A stretch of DNA of 63,242 nucleotides, the filler included. It is 22 parts of 22 records of this genome, joined end to end, with 100 filler letters (N's around TTAATTAATTAA, not from the genome) between each part and the next. Parts side by side here need not be neighbours in the genome. Positions count along the whole stretch, not along the records: positions 61,149 to 63,242 come from SRR36015645_198397; 21 more parts are not named here. The stretch is one strand, 5' to 3'. A program made the translations under genes and the position numbers. The notes below the pieces were generated by a model, which did no database searches, was not told the DNA's origin, and was given only the letters and a program-made list of their open reading frames with translations. This document shows, piece after piece, positions 61,262-63,242 of this stretch (its first letter is position 1; the number at the start of each line of letters is the position of its first letter).

Positions 61262-63242
61262 CTATATGTAATTATTTTGCCACGGCACTTTGCCTTCGTT
61301 GTTGAAGTAGTTCAGATACAGTTCACGAGTGTACTTTGCACTTTCACCTACATTTCGCCCATACTGTGCCTTCTGAATGTCGGCCATACCATCAGGTCGT
61401 AACCCCAACGTTAAGATTCCTTGTTCAATGTCTTCAGTATCTAGACATTCAGATGGAGTATATGATTCCCGTGATCTTCTTCTAAGAAAGTTGTGCAGTG
61501 CACAACAAGCCATTACAACAGCATCAACATTTTCAAGCTGCATATTGATATTTGTCTTGAAAATGCCAAATCTTGCTGACAAAATTCCAAAAACGTTCTC
61601 AATTATGCGACGAGCATGTGACAATCGGTAGTTGAATATTCGCCTCTCATCTGTCAACAGTTTCACGTTGAATGGTTTTAGGAAATCATCACGTAGTGAA
61701 AATGCTTCGTCAGCAACAAACACGTACGGCAAACTTCCTTTGTCACTACCTGGTTGCGCCACTTCGGGTATTTTCAAAGCCTTGCCTTTCAACTTTCTAA
61801 AAAAGTCAGTGTACTCAATTACCCCGCCATCCGAAACACGCCCATTTGTTCCAAAATTCACATAGGTGAATTCGTAGTTCGCATTTGCAATTCCCATTAG
61901 TACAAGGCTATGAAATCCTTTATAATTGTAAAAATATGATCCTGCGCCAGCTGGGGGGCAAATGGCCACGTGTTTCCCGTCCACCGCACCTAGGCAATGC
62001 GGGAAATTCCATTTGTCTTCGAACTCTTGTGCGATTTCGACCCATTCCTCTTGAGTTTTGGGAAACTAAAAACAAAAATTATTCGAGATAGACCAAAAAA
62101 TAAAGTTAAACGAGTGTGTCAAAAGAAAAAATATATTTTACATGACATATTTTTATTATTATTATTTTTTTTAGTTGTCTGTCGATGGATGATATTTTTA
62201 GTTTTTTTTTTCTTTTTTTTTAGTTGTCTATGGATGGATCAGAGGACGAGGATTCGTCGTCTGTGGCGGAGATACAAGAAAGTGGCTCAGCCACTCCTGA
62301 AACCCAAGATGTGTTCACAACACCAGTACGGCCAGGGGCAGTAGCAGCGGCACCATCAGCCAACAAACGACAAAAACGTAGAAGTGCAGAAAAGGTTGAT
62401 AACCCTGGAAGTCAGGTGCTATCGCTTGTCAGGGATCGCTTAAAAGAAATTAAGCCTGAGGATAACTTTGATATTACTGGAAAAAATGTTGCCGCAAAGT
62501 TGAGAATGATTCCAAACGAACAGCGCATTTTAGCGGAAAAACTGATTAATGATGTACTGTTCGAGGCCGAGTTAGGAAACCTTACCCGTAATTGTCGCAC
62601 TGTCACTGGCCAACCTACACCTGCTGAGTTGTTTCATGATGGTAACCGTTATCAGCCTCATCAGTTTCATGACACATCATATTATCAAAACAATTAAAAA
62701 CTTGAGATAGTCTGTTAGGCCTAGGCCCAGTAATTTCACTGATCAGCTTATTGATGCATGTAATATAGCTACATGACTCTAGGCCTATTTAGCTTGTACT
62801 GTAGTGTAGAAATTAGTAGACATAATTATCAGCTGGCCCTAGTATAACCATTGTAGGCCTATTAATCTGTAACTCGGCTAATTATACTTTATACTTAGGC
62901 GAGAAAGTACGCTACATAAAATAAACATAGCTAGTTCTTATAAACTTGTTTTAAGGCTCCAATAAAATGTATTATGTATCCTTACCTTCAAGTGTTCTGT
63001 TTTAAGGACTTGAAAAATTGCTCTGCATGTTTCCGGTATAATTCTTCCTAAAGCTTGAGGTGAGATTATCGTTGAAAACTTCAGATCCTCGTAGTTTCTT
63101 CCTGTTGCTAAGAACCGTAGTGTGGCTGACAGCCGTTCATGAGCAGGTATGGCTGGGCGCATGCATGTGTCATTTTTGCTGATTAAGGGCGAAACCAGCT
63201 CCAGTAATTGAAAATATGTTTCTTCATCCATGCGTAGATAAT
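61262..63242 (-). mobile_element. PIF/Harbinger (HARBI1-like) transposase, two exons: >63242-62986 and 62065-61262
   Basis: Donor AAG|GTAAG at 62985 and acceptor tttgtttttag at 62066 give in-frame LK|FPKTQEEW. Motifs LSATLRFLATG, GAVDGKH, YFYNYKG, VADEAF, FNYRLS, IENVFG, CALHNF. Confidence 0.93.
62224..62697 (+). mobile_element. Harbinger accessory DNA-binding (MADF/Myb-SANT type) protein, terminal exon with BESS-like motif, antisense inside the transposase intron
   Basis: Long T-tract acceptor ending 62223; DNFDITGKNVAAKLRMIP..QRILAEKLINDVLFEAELG; basic KRQKRR segment. Confidence 0.7.

Overview
This is not one continuous locus. It is a concatenation of 22 short contigs (about 2-7.7 kb) joined by 21 identical 100-bp artificial spacers (44 N + TTAATTAATTAA + 44 N). 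The content is animal (invertebrate) DNA, as shown by GT-AG introns, metazoan transposon families and two host genes, so gene order across spacers has no meaning. Twenty contigs are transposable-element fragments: 3 Academ (transposase-XPG/PIN-Cys8), 2 P-element/THAP9-like, 1 RAG1/Transib-like, 1 hAT-like with a Spindlin/Tudor-like tail, 1 PIF/Harbinger with interleaved antisense genes, 3 APE-LINEs, 3 Ty3/gypsy-like, 1 Ty1/copia, 2 BEL/Pao and 3 tyrosine-recombinase (DIRS/Ngaro) retroelements. Two contigs carry terminal exons of host genes (FAM43-like, RNF103-like). The most interesting signal is a set of translational recoding sites at retroelement ORF junctions. All three DIRS/Ngaro elements have the RT ORF in the +1 frame and a gag-frame TTT-CGN near the start of the overlap, matching the influenza PA-X/amalgavirus +1 frameshift motif. 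Both gypsy gag-pol junctions have -1 slip sites with H-type pseudoknots. One LINE has an AUG-less ORF2 in frame behind a single TAG, and another ends ORF1 in G_GTT_TTT_TAG. One LINE ORF1 has an unusual PHD-coiled coil-KH-2xCCCH-Q-rich architecture. All family calls come from motif recognition by eye, not database searches.
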